This document shows, one piece after another, positions 26,276-39,403 of a stretch of 64,000 bases of DNA. The DNA is taken from positions 49,229,358 through 49,293,357 of the forward strand of contig NC_087251.1 in assembly GCF_037042905.1 (NCBI RefSeq), read 5' to 3'. The translations under genes were made by a program, and so were the position numbers. Origin of the DNA: Lytechinus pictus (lineage: Eukaryota). Under the pieces are notes generated by a model. It did no database searches. It had not been told where the DNA came from and saw only the letters and a program-made list of their open reading frames with translations. Within the stretch, counting starts at the first letter, position 1; every line of letters starts with the position of its first letter.

Positions 26276-27636
26276 TGAAAATGGTTTAGAATTTTCTTTA
26301 AAATATCAGAATGAAGTACATTTAACTTCTGTTATGGATGAGGGGAAAACTTGCCTGTGGATGTTTATTAAATGGCTTTTTAAGAAACTTTTTATTGTTC
26401 TGATTTGTAAAGATGTTTTGTTCATTTTCATGAAAAAGTCATACAACATCATCTCAAGATGATCAAAAGGTCATTTTGAAGGCAATCCGTTTCTTATCAT
26501 GACGACCTCTAGTATTCCTCAGAATTGAGTGACAAATTAAATCATAATAAGGGAGTGATGGTACAAAAATAAACCATAGAAGATGTCAACAGAGAGAAAA
26601 AAAATTGTGGCATAATTGTAGAAATTGCTTCAACAGTTATCTTCCATGTACAGGTCATATACACTGAAGATTAAGATGCAAGAACCCTACCTCTTTTTGT
26701 ACAGTATTTGATTTGTGATATCTGTACAAGATACATGTATATGCACTCACCGTGGGGAAAGAGCATTGAGAATGGATTGGCTGTGCAGCGATTTCTAAAC
26801 AAAAATGTATATCTTCTGGGATTTTAACATGTAATGGTTTAATAACAATCATACCAAATTCTGCCCAATTTAATTTCCATCTCCACTTGTTCCCCCTTAT
26901 GGTGGATCTCCCCAGTGAAATAAAAACGACAAGTACCAAGAATCACATTCTCGCCTTGATTTCATTAGATCCAGTGATATGGAAAATCCTGAAATGTCTG
27001 CTTGAATTTTACGAATCTACCTCTGTCAGCGTGCAGTCAGTTAGCCCCTAATTGAGAATACTGATAATGTCATAAAAATTGGGAAGGGAGTGAAGAAAAA
27101 GCAGGGAGGAACACCAATGCTGAGATCTTGGACTGGGGGTGTATAAACCAAGGGTGGCTACGATCCCCCATGTCTGGCTTAAGATAGTAATTAACGGAAA
27201 CATGAATAGTTTCTATTTCTCCAACTCCATTCTCCGCGTTTTAAAATCGACAAGGTATACACATAGAGATTGAAATTAGACATGTGTAACAAGTTTTCCA
27301 TGGAACATTATCGGAAGTCTGCAAGGGAAGAACCTATAATTTTCAGGGTTAAAAGGGATCGTAAACAAATAATATATATTATGCAGACCATATGCTTCAG
27401 GTCAATTTGAATAATTGTTGCTGGTTTTCAAAACTTGGGGAACATGAGACAATTCTGAATGATATTTATGACATGTGACCTTTTCTCTCTGCCTCTCTCT
27501 TTTGTAGTAATCTGATCCATGTATTCACAATTTACAATTTTTCTGTAGGTGTCTACTAATAATAAATCTTATTATGATAGCAACAAAACAAGAACTATAA
27601 AAAAAAACTTGAGAAAGTTGTAGGTTCTAACTAATG

Positions 27637-27849
27637 GGGTGTTGTAAGAAACTTGTGATCAATTGCAAGTCTATTTTGTGTCCCTGAATCAATCATATGT
27701 CTGGCAATTGATTGCAAATTAGTGATTGGTAGTCTGCTCCTTGAAACAAGGAGTGTAATCTGATTTGCTACAACTGAAATTTATCTATCACTTGTAAAAT
27801 TGCAATAGAATATTTGTAATTGATTGCAAATATTTTCTTCCAACACCCT
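27637..27849. mobile_element. Harbinger-like MITE (related copy at 30072-30274)
   Basis: GGGTGTTGTAAGAAA...CAATTGCAA / TTGTAATTGATTGCAAATATTTTCTTCCAACACCC termini. Confidence 0.65.
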
Positions 27850-30071
27850 CTCAGTCTTACATTAAAAAAAAAGATATGTGCTATTTGTTTTCTTAAATGA
27901 AGTTTAGATGAAAATGGGATTGGATCTAATGTTCTTTACAAGTCTTTATAAAAAGACTTATAAAGATAAATTATTTCTTTTAGTCAAATTATATTTGCCA
28001 GAAATGAGAATGGATTTAATAAAGTCATCAACTGAAGAAGATTTAACAGCCATTCGCAAATTATTTTATACAGAAATTATATAATGTAAATTCTTTTTGT
28101 GAAATTATATTTGTTAAAGAAATAACATCAATTAATCATTCATGAGTTTAAGGACTTAACTTCAATGATTTCCTAACTGAATTTTGTCATATTTGTCAGC
28201 TATCATTCTTATATCTCATGCTTGACATGTTTTTATTTTTTAATTTGAATTTGGAATTATGTTAACTAAATGGCTTAAATGCAATTAACAATTTGTCTAA
28301 GCTAAATTTTGAAGAATCTTTGTATTGTATTACTGTGCAAAAATTATCACAAAGAGTTGTGTAGAAAGATGGAGAATAAATTCAACTGAGAAAGAAAAAT
28401 CGTCAATATTTAGGAGTAAAAATGAAGAAGACTGTAAAAAAAGAATACATTCCATAGGATGCTCAAGGACATTGCAGCAACCACATATCCCCTGAAATGA
28501 ATGAAAAGGAGACAAACTGGCCAGAAATAATTGTGGTCGCTTTTGGTAAAATGCTAAGCGATGAGTAAGTTTTGGTGTCTAGCTGTCCGATATTGCCCAA
28601 GAATAATCCCAAATAATTGGGAGTTCTCTTCTATCGAGGGTGTTGTGCAGTATACAGTGTACCATGGCTATCAATACCTGATTCCTTTGTGTGGCTTGTT
28701 GCGCCGGTAATCTTCGACATTAGGCAGATCACCTCGCATGGCTCGAGTCCCGGCAATCACTGCTGTTTTCAATTTCCCCAAAGCGCTGCTCTTGTCTCTG
28801 TTTCTGAGTAAGCCACTATACACAGGCAAAGACCCGAGTTGTGGGGAAGAAAATCTAGAGCATGTTTATAAATATAAACAAAACTGGTTATGCATGAAAA
28901 ATTAAGACCCCCCTCCTCTCTTGTGCTGAATTGGATATATTTTATGTTCAGGTTTAATATAATCTGCCAGCGACATTCAATGTACAAAACTTGCATAACC
29001 GAAGCAAGACACTGTCATGCATTGAGATATAAATATAACACTCACTCAGGACAGTTTTCTTAAAGCATGGTGTAAGATAATTGAGTTTAACTCATAGCTC
29101 TACTATTTTTTAAAAGTCCCATTTATGATTAGTTTTTTTTTTTATTGTGATTAGTTCATTGGCTATGTAGTTATAAATTTATACCAAGCATCTCTTGCAA
29201 ATGAATGCTTTATTTAATTTTCCATTATCCATATATAGAAGAAAAAAAATTTACTTTAGGAATTCCATCTTCATTCTCTTCAAACAGATTTCAATTGTGA
29301 ATACTGCAAAGGACATATAAGTATATATATATATATATATTTACATATGTATATAAACTTATATATTTGAGGACAATATTTTTGTTTCATTTTTTTCCTT
29401 CAAAATTCACACAAAAATATCAATAATGTTTAAATTTTCACATCCATTAACTGACTTTTGATGCCAAGTTTAACCTTGCCAAAGATTTAAAAAATACATA
29501 TGTTCAATCAATTTATTCTTTTTATATAAGGGACACATGTTGATATCCTTGAATTGATATTTAGATTTGTTTGAAATATTATCTAGTATTTTACCATTGC
29601 TTACCTTCTAATGGATTTGATGTAGGTTATTCATTGTTAATAAAGTGTTTTATGATTTTAGAAAGACTGATATATTTACTACTTCTTATAACTTTTTGAT
29701 TTTGATTACAGATTGAAGTTTTTGAAGAGAGCAATTATTTTAAAACAATGTCTATAATGTAAATTTCATGTTTCTTACAACATTAATTCTATGACATGAC
29801 CATAACATTGTGTTGATAATTACATTAATACCCTTCATTATTGATGTAAGTAGGTCCTAAGTGCTACATCAGTTTTGATTTGCAACATATATTCATTTTT
29901 TGGCACAATTTCTTTTTATTTCTTATGCAAGTCAAGTAATGCCCTATGAAAATGGCACTTTCTTACTTGATGGCTGAAATTTCCCACAAAGTGGATAACT
30001 TTCAAATGTTAATCAGAGTAAATTTGAATGATTTATAGTAAATGGATGGTCCTATTTGTTAAATTCCTTAT

Positions 30072-30274
30072 GGGTGTTGCAAGAAACATATGTGATCAAT
30101 TATAATTTTATTTTGAATCCCCAAATCAATCACAATATTTACTTGTAATTAATTGCTGATCTTCTTCTTGCAACATGAAGTGTAAAGTAGTTGCTAAAGC
30201 TAACGTTGATATATCAATATCAATTGTACAGAAATTTGCAATTGATTGCTAAGGCAATATTTTTCCTGCAACCC
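30072..30274. mobile_element. Harbinger-like MITE, same family as 27637
   Basis: GGGTGTTGCAAGAAAC...GTGATCAATT / AATTGATTGC...TTTCCTGCAACCC, collinear with the 27637 copy. Confidence 0.6.
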
Positions 30275-33200
30275 TATACATGCTATTGATAGAGTTCATC
30301 TTGAATGAAGAAGAAGACAAAAGAGTTTTACTTATGATAAGCAATTTAAAGTGTTTTTCAACAGTAGACCTTTGAACATGATAGAAGTTTGACAAAAATC
30401 AACGCTGCACACGTTAGCATTTGCATCAGACTGTCCCTATCTGGCAGTGTACATGTGTTGTGGACATGTTCAGAATATACAGGGGGTGCAGAAACGCAGG
30501 CCTATGGTGTACAATATCATGGCCATATGCCCACCTCTGTAAATCACTTTCGATTGCTAGCTGCTGCTGCTGCTCTGCAGCAGAGCCAGTCAATGTACTA
30601 GTCCTGCTAGAGTTCTCCTCAGTCACATGCATACCTCCCCTCACCCACACAGTATATTTACAGGCCTGCTAGCAAGCCAACTAGCTCTGTAATGCATAAC
30701 CTATTGAAGTTATGCTGTAACAAGCCTATGCAAGTCAATTCAGGGTGGGGGGTGTTGGAGTAGCTGTTGCTTGCTTCCCTGTCTGTTGTGATTATAAAGT
30801 CAACATAGCTATTAAAAACTAGTGTGCTTCTTCCCTTGCATCTTGGTAATTTCAACATGAGAAATTGCTTTGATATGGTGTATCCGCTGTAATGATGTCG
30901 ACAATAATTATGATGTTTGAGAAATATCATTATATTGGCAAACAATATGTGAAGAATCAATGATCATTGTCGTAGTTCTTCTCTCATTTTGTTAACATAT
31001 ATTTTGTGTCTTACTTTGTAGTTTTTATGTTTTTCTAATCCTTTTTTTATGCAGAACATCCCACATTTTGAAAATTGTTGATAGGATAAACATACTCATA
31101 TACCCATAGGCCTATATAATCACTTCTTTGCCACCCAGACAGTATGTTGTTTTTTTATCTTTATGTGTTTGCACTAATTTTGAATCTGGGGCAGTAAAAT
31201 TCTAAAGTGTTTTGCTCTTCACAATCATTGATATTGATTGATGATGGGGAAGCCTCGTCTAGTATAATGTTACACACTATATGCCATGCATGCGCTTAGT
31301 ATATAGCTCCATGCCAACATGGGTGAAGGCTTACGACGTGTTTGACAACATCATGCTTTTGGATGCATGCATTACAAACAGTTGGGGTGGGGTAGTTACA
31401 TTTTCTTCTCTTATAGGTGAGGGCGTGGGGGTGGGGGACTCACAACTATATCGAGAAAGTACCCCAATTATTGAAGGAAGAGGGAAGATAAACAAATTAT
31501 AAATTCAGTAATAGGTTAACTTCCAGGGGTACATTAGTATTGAATTGAACATTGGAGCTTAGGCAAGGGTACATTAGCAGATCTGGGCAGGCATGATACG
31601 AGAAATTATTATTAATTTTATTTATTAGTAAAAAAAACATTATGAGTACGTTATGATTTGATTTTGAAAATCAATAAGATGTTGAAAAAATAAGGAGGGT
31701 GCATGATGGGGACTTATGCTGGCCTTGTCACTAATCCACCCCCTTGTATTGTAACCGGGAAGGGGACAGTGAAGATGAGATTGGGGTGTCTGAACTCATG
31801 TTAGCTTAAAAAATGGCATAATCTGTATTTGCGTCATTACAAGGAAACCAAATCCTTTAAGTAGAACATGAGTGTAAACAATATTTTCATGGGAAATATT
31901 GTCTAAGCTTCCTGCTTGTAGCTGCCTCAACACCTATAACATCCGATATTTGATGAGAGATTGCCAAAATTATGTAGAAGCTCATTTAGCCAACATGGAT
32001 CATTATATCACCATATCAAAACAACATTGATGACAAAACACTTAACCCGATGCTTTAATGGGGTTATACATGTAGGTCTTTAATGATGTGGTAAACTGTT
32101 GATTTGTTTTTTCTTGAGAAATATTCTGTATAGTAGTTATGACAATGAGGCTTCCAATTACTTATTTTTTGTTATTTTGATATTGGTATATTGTTATTAG
32201 ATGCATTTTGTTTTACAATTCATCTGCTTGTGTGAACTCCATTTGCTATCGAAAGATAATTGCCTCATGTTTTTGTGATTTTGATCTGATTTAGTTTTGT
32301 TTGCTATTTATTAAATTAAATCAATGCCTGGAAATAAAGTAGAATATATCTTAGATCCATAACACAATGCTTTAATTGGATAATTGCAAATTATTCAAGC
32401 AAAGATATATTTAATCATTAAAAGTAACCTAATTGTAAATGAAGTTGTAATCGAAAAGTATGGTTTTATGCCATTCTTGAAGAAACTGTCTGTATTGTCC
32501 ATTTGCAACATGAATACACTCTGTGAATCTTTTCATTTTTCACAAGATGGTTTCATGGGAAAATGTAAATCATTTATTACTATACTATTAACAGAAATAC
32601 GTGTATGAAATTAGTACTATGTATGCACACATTTCTCGGTTTTTAAGCTGATTCCCAAACAGACCTGTTGCCAACTGGTTTTGAGCTGCTATCAATTGGG
32701 TCAAATACATATTCTGTATGCACAACAGAAATTGTGTAAGCACTGAATGAATTTACCACACGCAAGCAAAAAATAGCGATGATGCTGAAGTTCAGTTGTG
32801 GTTTAAAGCCTGTTAAAATCCCTGCAAAAAATGGAGGGGTAAAAACTCGAAAAAATGCAGAGAAAAGCAAAAAAGGCTTCTTTTGGATCCTGAGTGACTT
32901 GTTGCAGCATGTGATATGACAATCTATTCTTTGCAGCTATGTCAATGACTCCTACAAACCCCTTCATAGGCAGTGACATAACCTCGAACCGGGTTCACGC
33001 GAGTCTTTGTGCGGCTTTGACCTTTCCCTGCCACCATTAGATGCCTTTTAATGCTCTATGCGCTGTTTCTGCGGCTTGAGTGGAACAAAGTTTCAATATT
33101 CCCCGTTCCATACATGGCACCAGCAACAAGGAAGAATAGAGAGGGAACAAGGGGAGGTTTTTTTCTTTGAATGGGTGAGGAGCATAACCAAACCAGTTGT

Positions 33201-34808
33201 TGAAGTTTCAAATTGTAAAAAAAAAAATCGTTCAATCATCCTGCTGCCAAAGCCTACTGTGTCATCCTATCACCTTGATAATCATAATTCATCTGAAAAA
33301 TGGATTTTGATCCCCTATTCTACAACTCCTCCGCCACTCTCGTATTATCATCCATTGGCGCTTTATAAGTTATTTCTCTTATTCCATGCATGCCCATTTT
33401 CTTTTCAAGCTGTCAGAATAGGCAGACCCAGTTTGAGGTTTCTAATGCGTTTTCACGGGCTTTACTCATATATATCATGTATTTCATTGTGATTTTCTGG
33501 ATCATTTGCGTTTTGGCGCTGCCATAATGGCATAGCATACTTGATACCAGCTTTTTCTTTTCTTTCTCTCATTTTATGAATGCCTCTTTTGGAAAGAAGG
33601 TGTATTGTGTTTTTTGCTCGCATAGGACGATTCTAAGCTTTCTCTATTTTCAAAGGATTCTATTGTATTCTGCCTCGAGGCATTGAGTGGGTTTATATAA
33701 AGATAGAAGGGGAAAGGAGGGTATCAGAAGTTAGCAATCATTTTTATTTCAAACAGATGGGGAAGCGAGTTTTAAAATTGACTTAACGTGTCACTTTATC
33801 TTTGAAGGAAACATTCATTTTTTCATATTAATATTCAATAATTTTCTGATGTTTCGTAGTTAATTTAAACATAATGTGTTCAGTATTTCACCTCTGTAAA
33901 GTAAAAACCATTTTCGAAGAGTGTTAAAAGAGGAGGCATAGGAATGACCAAATATCACAAAAAATGTGTATATGACTAAAAAATTCTAGTGGATAAATTT
34001 CAGCAATGATATAAAGAAATTCCAAGACATTTATATATATATATTCACCTCTTGCTTTCTTTTCCTTCAATATATCAGGATGGGTACAGAGCTAAATGTT
34101 GTAGTACAGTAAATTATGCAGGAGTTTAGATTGTATGAGAACTGAATACAAGGCTGCCTCAATTTCATTTATTATTCTAAAACCATGTTTTTGTATTTCT
34201 ATTATAATTAAAATTTTGGAACAATAGGAACTGAATTTTCTAAATTTCATTTTCTATAAATCTAACCAATAAGTAAAAAAAAATACATCTTCGGTCAAGA
34301 TGCATGGCATAAACTTTTTTTTTTTTTAAAATCTGTTTTTATTTGAATAAAAATCTGGATGGATTTAGCAGTTCCAAATTTAAGAGGGCTGAACATCAGA
34401 TATTCCCCTGAAGCTGAGTTCATCAGTCATTGCAAAACACTACAAGCATCAGGATAGATTCAACTTGGTATCTTGATGAATTATAAGAAAAAACTGCACT
34501 TGAATGAATTTAAATAAATTCTGAAAATGTCTCTTGTGATGTCTAACAATGTTATTAAAAGTATGACAATTTTATTTTTATGCATGGCTTTATGGATTGA
34601 TGACTTAATGGTCAATAAGTGAAGAAACACTTCTTCAAATTTATTTGCCCAAATCCTTTCATTGAAAAGTCACATGTATTTTAATTTTTTTTTGGGGGGG
34701 GCTTATTTTTTGTGTTATGTTAAGAAATAGATGTGCTCAGATGTATAAATTTTGGATCCAAATAAACCAAAGACTGATGCACTTTTCCTAAGGTAAATAA
34801 AAGCATCT

Positions 34809-35217
34809 CCGGGGGGGGGGGGGGGGGGGGGGGGCTACTCAGTATAAATGTATGATACGTATGTGCCGCAGTCGAGACCCCCATTTTCAGCTTAAATTTC
34901 TGTTCCAGAGCATCACCAATTTAGAATGCCATAAAATTTCTTATTTTTCCATATTCCAGAGACCCTCAATTGTGTGTTTTCTTATGATTTTGCGCTTTTA
35001 CACTGCCACTATAGCGCTAGCCGCTACCATGCTACGAGTGGAGATCCCCATTTTTTAAGTGGTCAGTTCCAGAGCATTGCATTTTTAGCAATCGTTGATC
35101 CAAGAGCCGTTCGGATACCCCCATTTTAAGACCATGATTTGGTTCCAGAGCCCCCTATTTTCGACTTTGGTGTGGCACGTAGGTATCGTACAATAATTTG
35201 AGTAGCCCCTCCCCAGG
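34809..35217. mobile_element. MITE with CCGGGG...CTACTCA / TGAGTAG...CCCAGG termini
   Basis: Inverted termini plus inverted ATACGTATGTGCC / GGCACGTAGGTAT; internal TTCCAGAG and CCCCATTTT repeats. Confidence 0.65.
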
Positions 35218-37995
35218 GCAATTCTTGAGAATAGCAGCAGACCAAACCAAGCACTTGAGGTGAAAGTGATCATCTAAGCCCTGCTTTGTAACACCATCTT
35301 GGTGTTAAATGGATGCGCAAATAAAGGATAGACACACCTCAGTCAATACACACTGGCCATTGATAACTTGTTAGATGGGGGATAATCTGAAATGTACATA
35401 AGACAACTAGGTGTGAGACACTGGGCACAGCACACGGGCCATCAATGGCTCACTGTAGATGCTATGTCAACAGTACCGGGTGCTCACATTATGTACGTGG
35501 CTGCCCACCCGCCCTCTTTGACACTTTCATTCTGTACACATATTCGTGTCGTCCCCCCTCGACTCTCACATCACCCACGCACACTAAACAGGCAAAGCTG
35601 TGATCGTCCAACAAAGGTATCCATCAGGGTCCTTCCGTCATGGAGCAACCCCGTGCATGGACTGGCTGGCTGGCCTGTGGGGGCAAGTATCATGAGCCTC
35701 AAAGTCCGGATGAGTGAGAGTCGATTTCAGGGCTGTCCATAGAAAGTCCCAGGGTGTTTATCATTGAGCTCTCAGCGATAAATAGAGGGGGAATCTATTA
35801 TCTGGGGAAAATTGGCAAAGTCTAGACCCGAGACAGCATGTTTTGAATAGCGAGTAATGAGAGCTATTCATCCTTACCTTGGCTCTTTTACCCCAGCAAA
35901 TTGTTTGCCTTTGAGGTCAGTGCTTAGAAGCCACTGGAAAGGGGGTAGGGGGTATTGTCCACTTCTTTATGTCATCCATAACCCTTCTTTTCCTTTTATT
36001 ATTCCCTTAATCTGTTTGGATCTATACTGTTAAGATCTGAAGAGGAAGAATAAGAAGACACTGCATTGCAGGGAGTGGGGGCAAGGGACGAGAGATATTC
36101 CTCCAGACAATGGCCAGTTAGATGCAGATGTGCATTGTGTTATGTTTATATCCATGTATTAATTGCAAGCCAGAAGGGTTTTAATTCTATGTAAAGTGCT
36201 TATTGATCAACATCCTTCTATTTCTAACAAGATGATTAGATTGAGGAATGTCTGTAAAAAATGTGTGTGTAGATGTCGATAAGGAGATGTAGGCCTAAGT
36301 TGGCCTATGGATGTGTTTTTTGTGTGTGTGCAGTCTTATGTGAGCATGTTGTGAGAAAAGGAATCTTGTGAAAAATTAATAATAATGATGATAATATTCC
36401 ACTTTTATACAGCACTTCGGAAGACTAACCCTTAAGACTAAGCACTTAACAGGTACGTTTTTATCCAGGTCATTGGACTCTAACTGGAATAGTGTAGATG
36501 AAAGTTGAAAGAAAAAGTTTGAAGAAATATTTATAATGTAAAATACAGGAGTTATGAGTGAGATAGTGGGAGAAAAAGATGGCAGGAGGGAGGGGGGGGG
36601 GGAAGAAATTGAAAAAGAGAATCTTGAATAGAGAATGTGGTTAGTATTGATGAATAGGAGTCAGACAAATAAGCGAGGGTTATGGAGGGTTATCGTGACA
36701 TATGAATAGATCCCAGGTATCAAAGTGATCAATGTAGGTTACTGGACCCATTCATAGACCCCTGTTGGGAGAATAAAGAGGGAAGACATGCAGAAAATAA
36801 GCCCTAAGACGCAGCCCCTCTAACCCCAACAATAGGCATATTGGTTACATTTAACTGCCATTGTTACATGTACTGCAGGAACTTTACCCTTTTTTTAAAG
36901 GGCTGAGCTTTGAAGCATGGGGCAATTTTTTTTCGCCATGTTTTTATTCGGCTTAAGACATACCTAGTAGTGTGGTCAGAAGTCATTAATTTACCGAAGA
37001 AAACCTAACTGTCAAGCTGTATTTTGGTTTGGTTGCAGTAAACATGTTATGTATAGAATGCATCAAGAAAGAAAAGGATGGTAATGCCTACATGCTAGTC
37101 TCCGCTCCTCTATCGCTGCTTAGGTAGCATGAAATTGAGATTTTAGTCTTATATTTAAAGCAAAGTGGTAATGCGAGGGACTGATTAAGAAATGCCTACT
37201 TTCATGAGTGTAATGCTCTGATAATATATTCTTTCAAAATCATATATATTCAAAACAAAATAAAAGACTCAAGTGCTTTTTATTAGAACTTAAAAGGAAG
37301 TTAGTGATGAGAATTCAAACACTGATAATGCAAGTGAAATCAACCACTTTAATCTATAGATCTACTATCCTTGCAGATTGGGCCTCCCATCCATAAGCAG
37401 CTTACAAAGTTATTATAATTGTATGGATACAAATGCGAAATCATGAAGGGATTACCTTCTGTATAGAGATTTTAGATGCATTTTTTGCTTCCAATAACAT
37501 GTATTTGATATAAACTCCTTGCTCACCCACTGAGATAATATCCTCTCCTACCTTTTAAGTTTGAGGGTGTGTGTGTGTGTGTTAATGCAAGATAAGTAGT
37601 ATGTCTCCATTAGGGCTATTTTCATTTTTGTGGAAGAATAGATACATAAATTGTGTATGGAAGGAAAAATTTGTACATTTGTGTATTATTTCATGTCATT
37701 CCATTATAACTATATTTTGGAGTGTAGACTTATAGGGTTCATTTACCTATGCCGGGCAATAGAGAAGAATTTCTCTTTTATACCAATCCACATGTCGCCC
37801 TGGCATATCTTGCTTATTTTTCTGGCCTAAATATATAGGCATGTAATTTATAATTTTACACATTTATATATATATATATATGTATATATATAAACATTGT
37901 ACTCTCAAAAGTATAATTAATCTATTTGTCACATCTGTATGTATATCTTTGTGGAATAATTGAATTATTTTGAATATGCCAGAGCTGATTATAAA

Positions 37996-38173
37996 CCTCG
38001 TGGGTGTTTCATAAAGCTGTTCGTAAAGTTACGCACAACTTTATGCACGACTGGAACATGTTCTTATGTCATATATCAATTATACAGGGATATCATATAG
38101 CACAAGAAAGGATCACCAGTCGTGCATAACGTCATTCATATCTTACAATCAGCTTTATGAAACACCCACCAGG
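37996..38173. mobile_element. Harbinger-like palindromic MITE (related to 56672-56842)
   Basis: GTGGGTGTTTCATAAAGCTG / CAGCTTTATGAAACACCCAC TIRs, with inner arms TTATGCACGACTGG / CCAGTCGTGCATAA. Confidence 0.8.
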
Positions 38174-38405
38174 AGATGAATAAAAATACAGGGGGATGTA
38201 GCTGCCTACAGGCCATGCAATATACTAAATGATTGCTAAAGCCACTCGTCCCACAAACCTTTCAAAGGATCGGATCATTTTAAAATAGATCTTGTAGTAA
38301 AACTTAACACTTTCAATAATGTAGAGCAATTTTTGTCATAGATTTGTTGTCAAAGCATAATACTTTCAATAAATAGGACACTACTCCATTTTCTTTATTT
38401 TTTAA

Positions 38406-38998
38406 AGGACAAGTCCACCCCAACAAAAAGTTGATTTGAATAAAAAGAGAAAAATTCAACAAGCATAACACTGAAAATCTCATCAAAATTGGATGTAAAA
38501 TAGGAAAGTTATGACATTTTTAAATTTCTCTTAATTTCACAAACCAGTTATATGCACATCCTGGCTAGTATGCAAATGAGGGAACTGATGACATCACTCA
38601 ATCACTATTTCTTTTGTATTTTATTATATGAAATATAAAATATTCTAATTTTCTCCTCATTGTCAAGTGATACAACGATTAATTCCTGCCTGAACATGTG
38701 AAATTAGCATTGTTTAATACTATATGGTTCAGTCAAGTTGTTCCTTATTGCCAAATCTATAAAAAATGAAATATTGTATAATTCAAACAATAAAAAACAA
38801 AAGAAATAGTGAGTGATGGACATCATTGACAGACTCATCTAGTTGTGCATATCACTGTTTTGTGAAAAATAAGCGAAAACTTTAAAATGTCATAACTTTC
38901 TTATTTTACATCCGATTTTGATGAAATTTTCAGCACTATGCTAGTTAGATTTTTCTCTATTTATTCAAGTCATCATTTTCCTTGGGTGGACTTGACCT
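38406..38998. mobile_element. Kolobok-like MITE, copy 2 (complete, TTAA TSD)
   Basis: TTAA|AGGACAAGTCCACCC ... GGGTGGACTTGACCT|TTAA; collinear with 2783-3390. Confidence 0.9.
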
Positions 38999-39403
38999 TT
39001 AAATATATCTAGGTATTATATTGAATATACCAGAGCTGATCATAAACCATTATTTGGAATTTTTTACATCCTGAAATTCAACACACTCAATTCCATTCAC
39101 TTTTTAAAAAACGATTAAAAAGATTCCTCCTCTCCAACTTAAATAACCGAAAAACAATTTTTCCACTTGGCATTTTAGAGGACCGGAATGTGGTGTCTCA
39201 TCAGTGTTTTTTTTTTCTTAATCCCTCTCAGACCTGTTACTTGCATGAATTCATGTTATCAAACGCAGCCTCATGTTCTTGGTTTTTTTTCTTGATGGTT
39301 CCCTTAGTGGCCGGCTGGCATGTCGTCAGTGTTTGGTTCAAAAGAAAGTATGGAAGACATTCCTGCTGATCATCGCAATGAAACTAGTCTTTTACCTTTC
39401 TTG

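Noticed and set aside
35392..35742. 116-aa ORF in a GC-richer intronic patch
   Set aside because: No recognisable homology or splice signals compatible with Meis; more likely non-coding.
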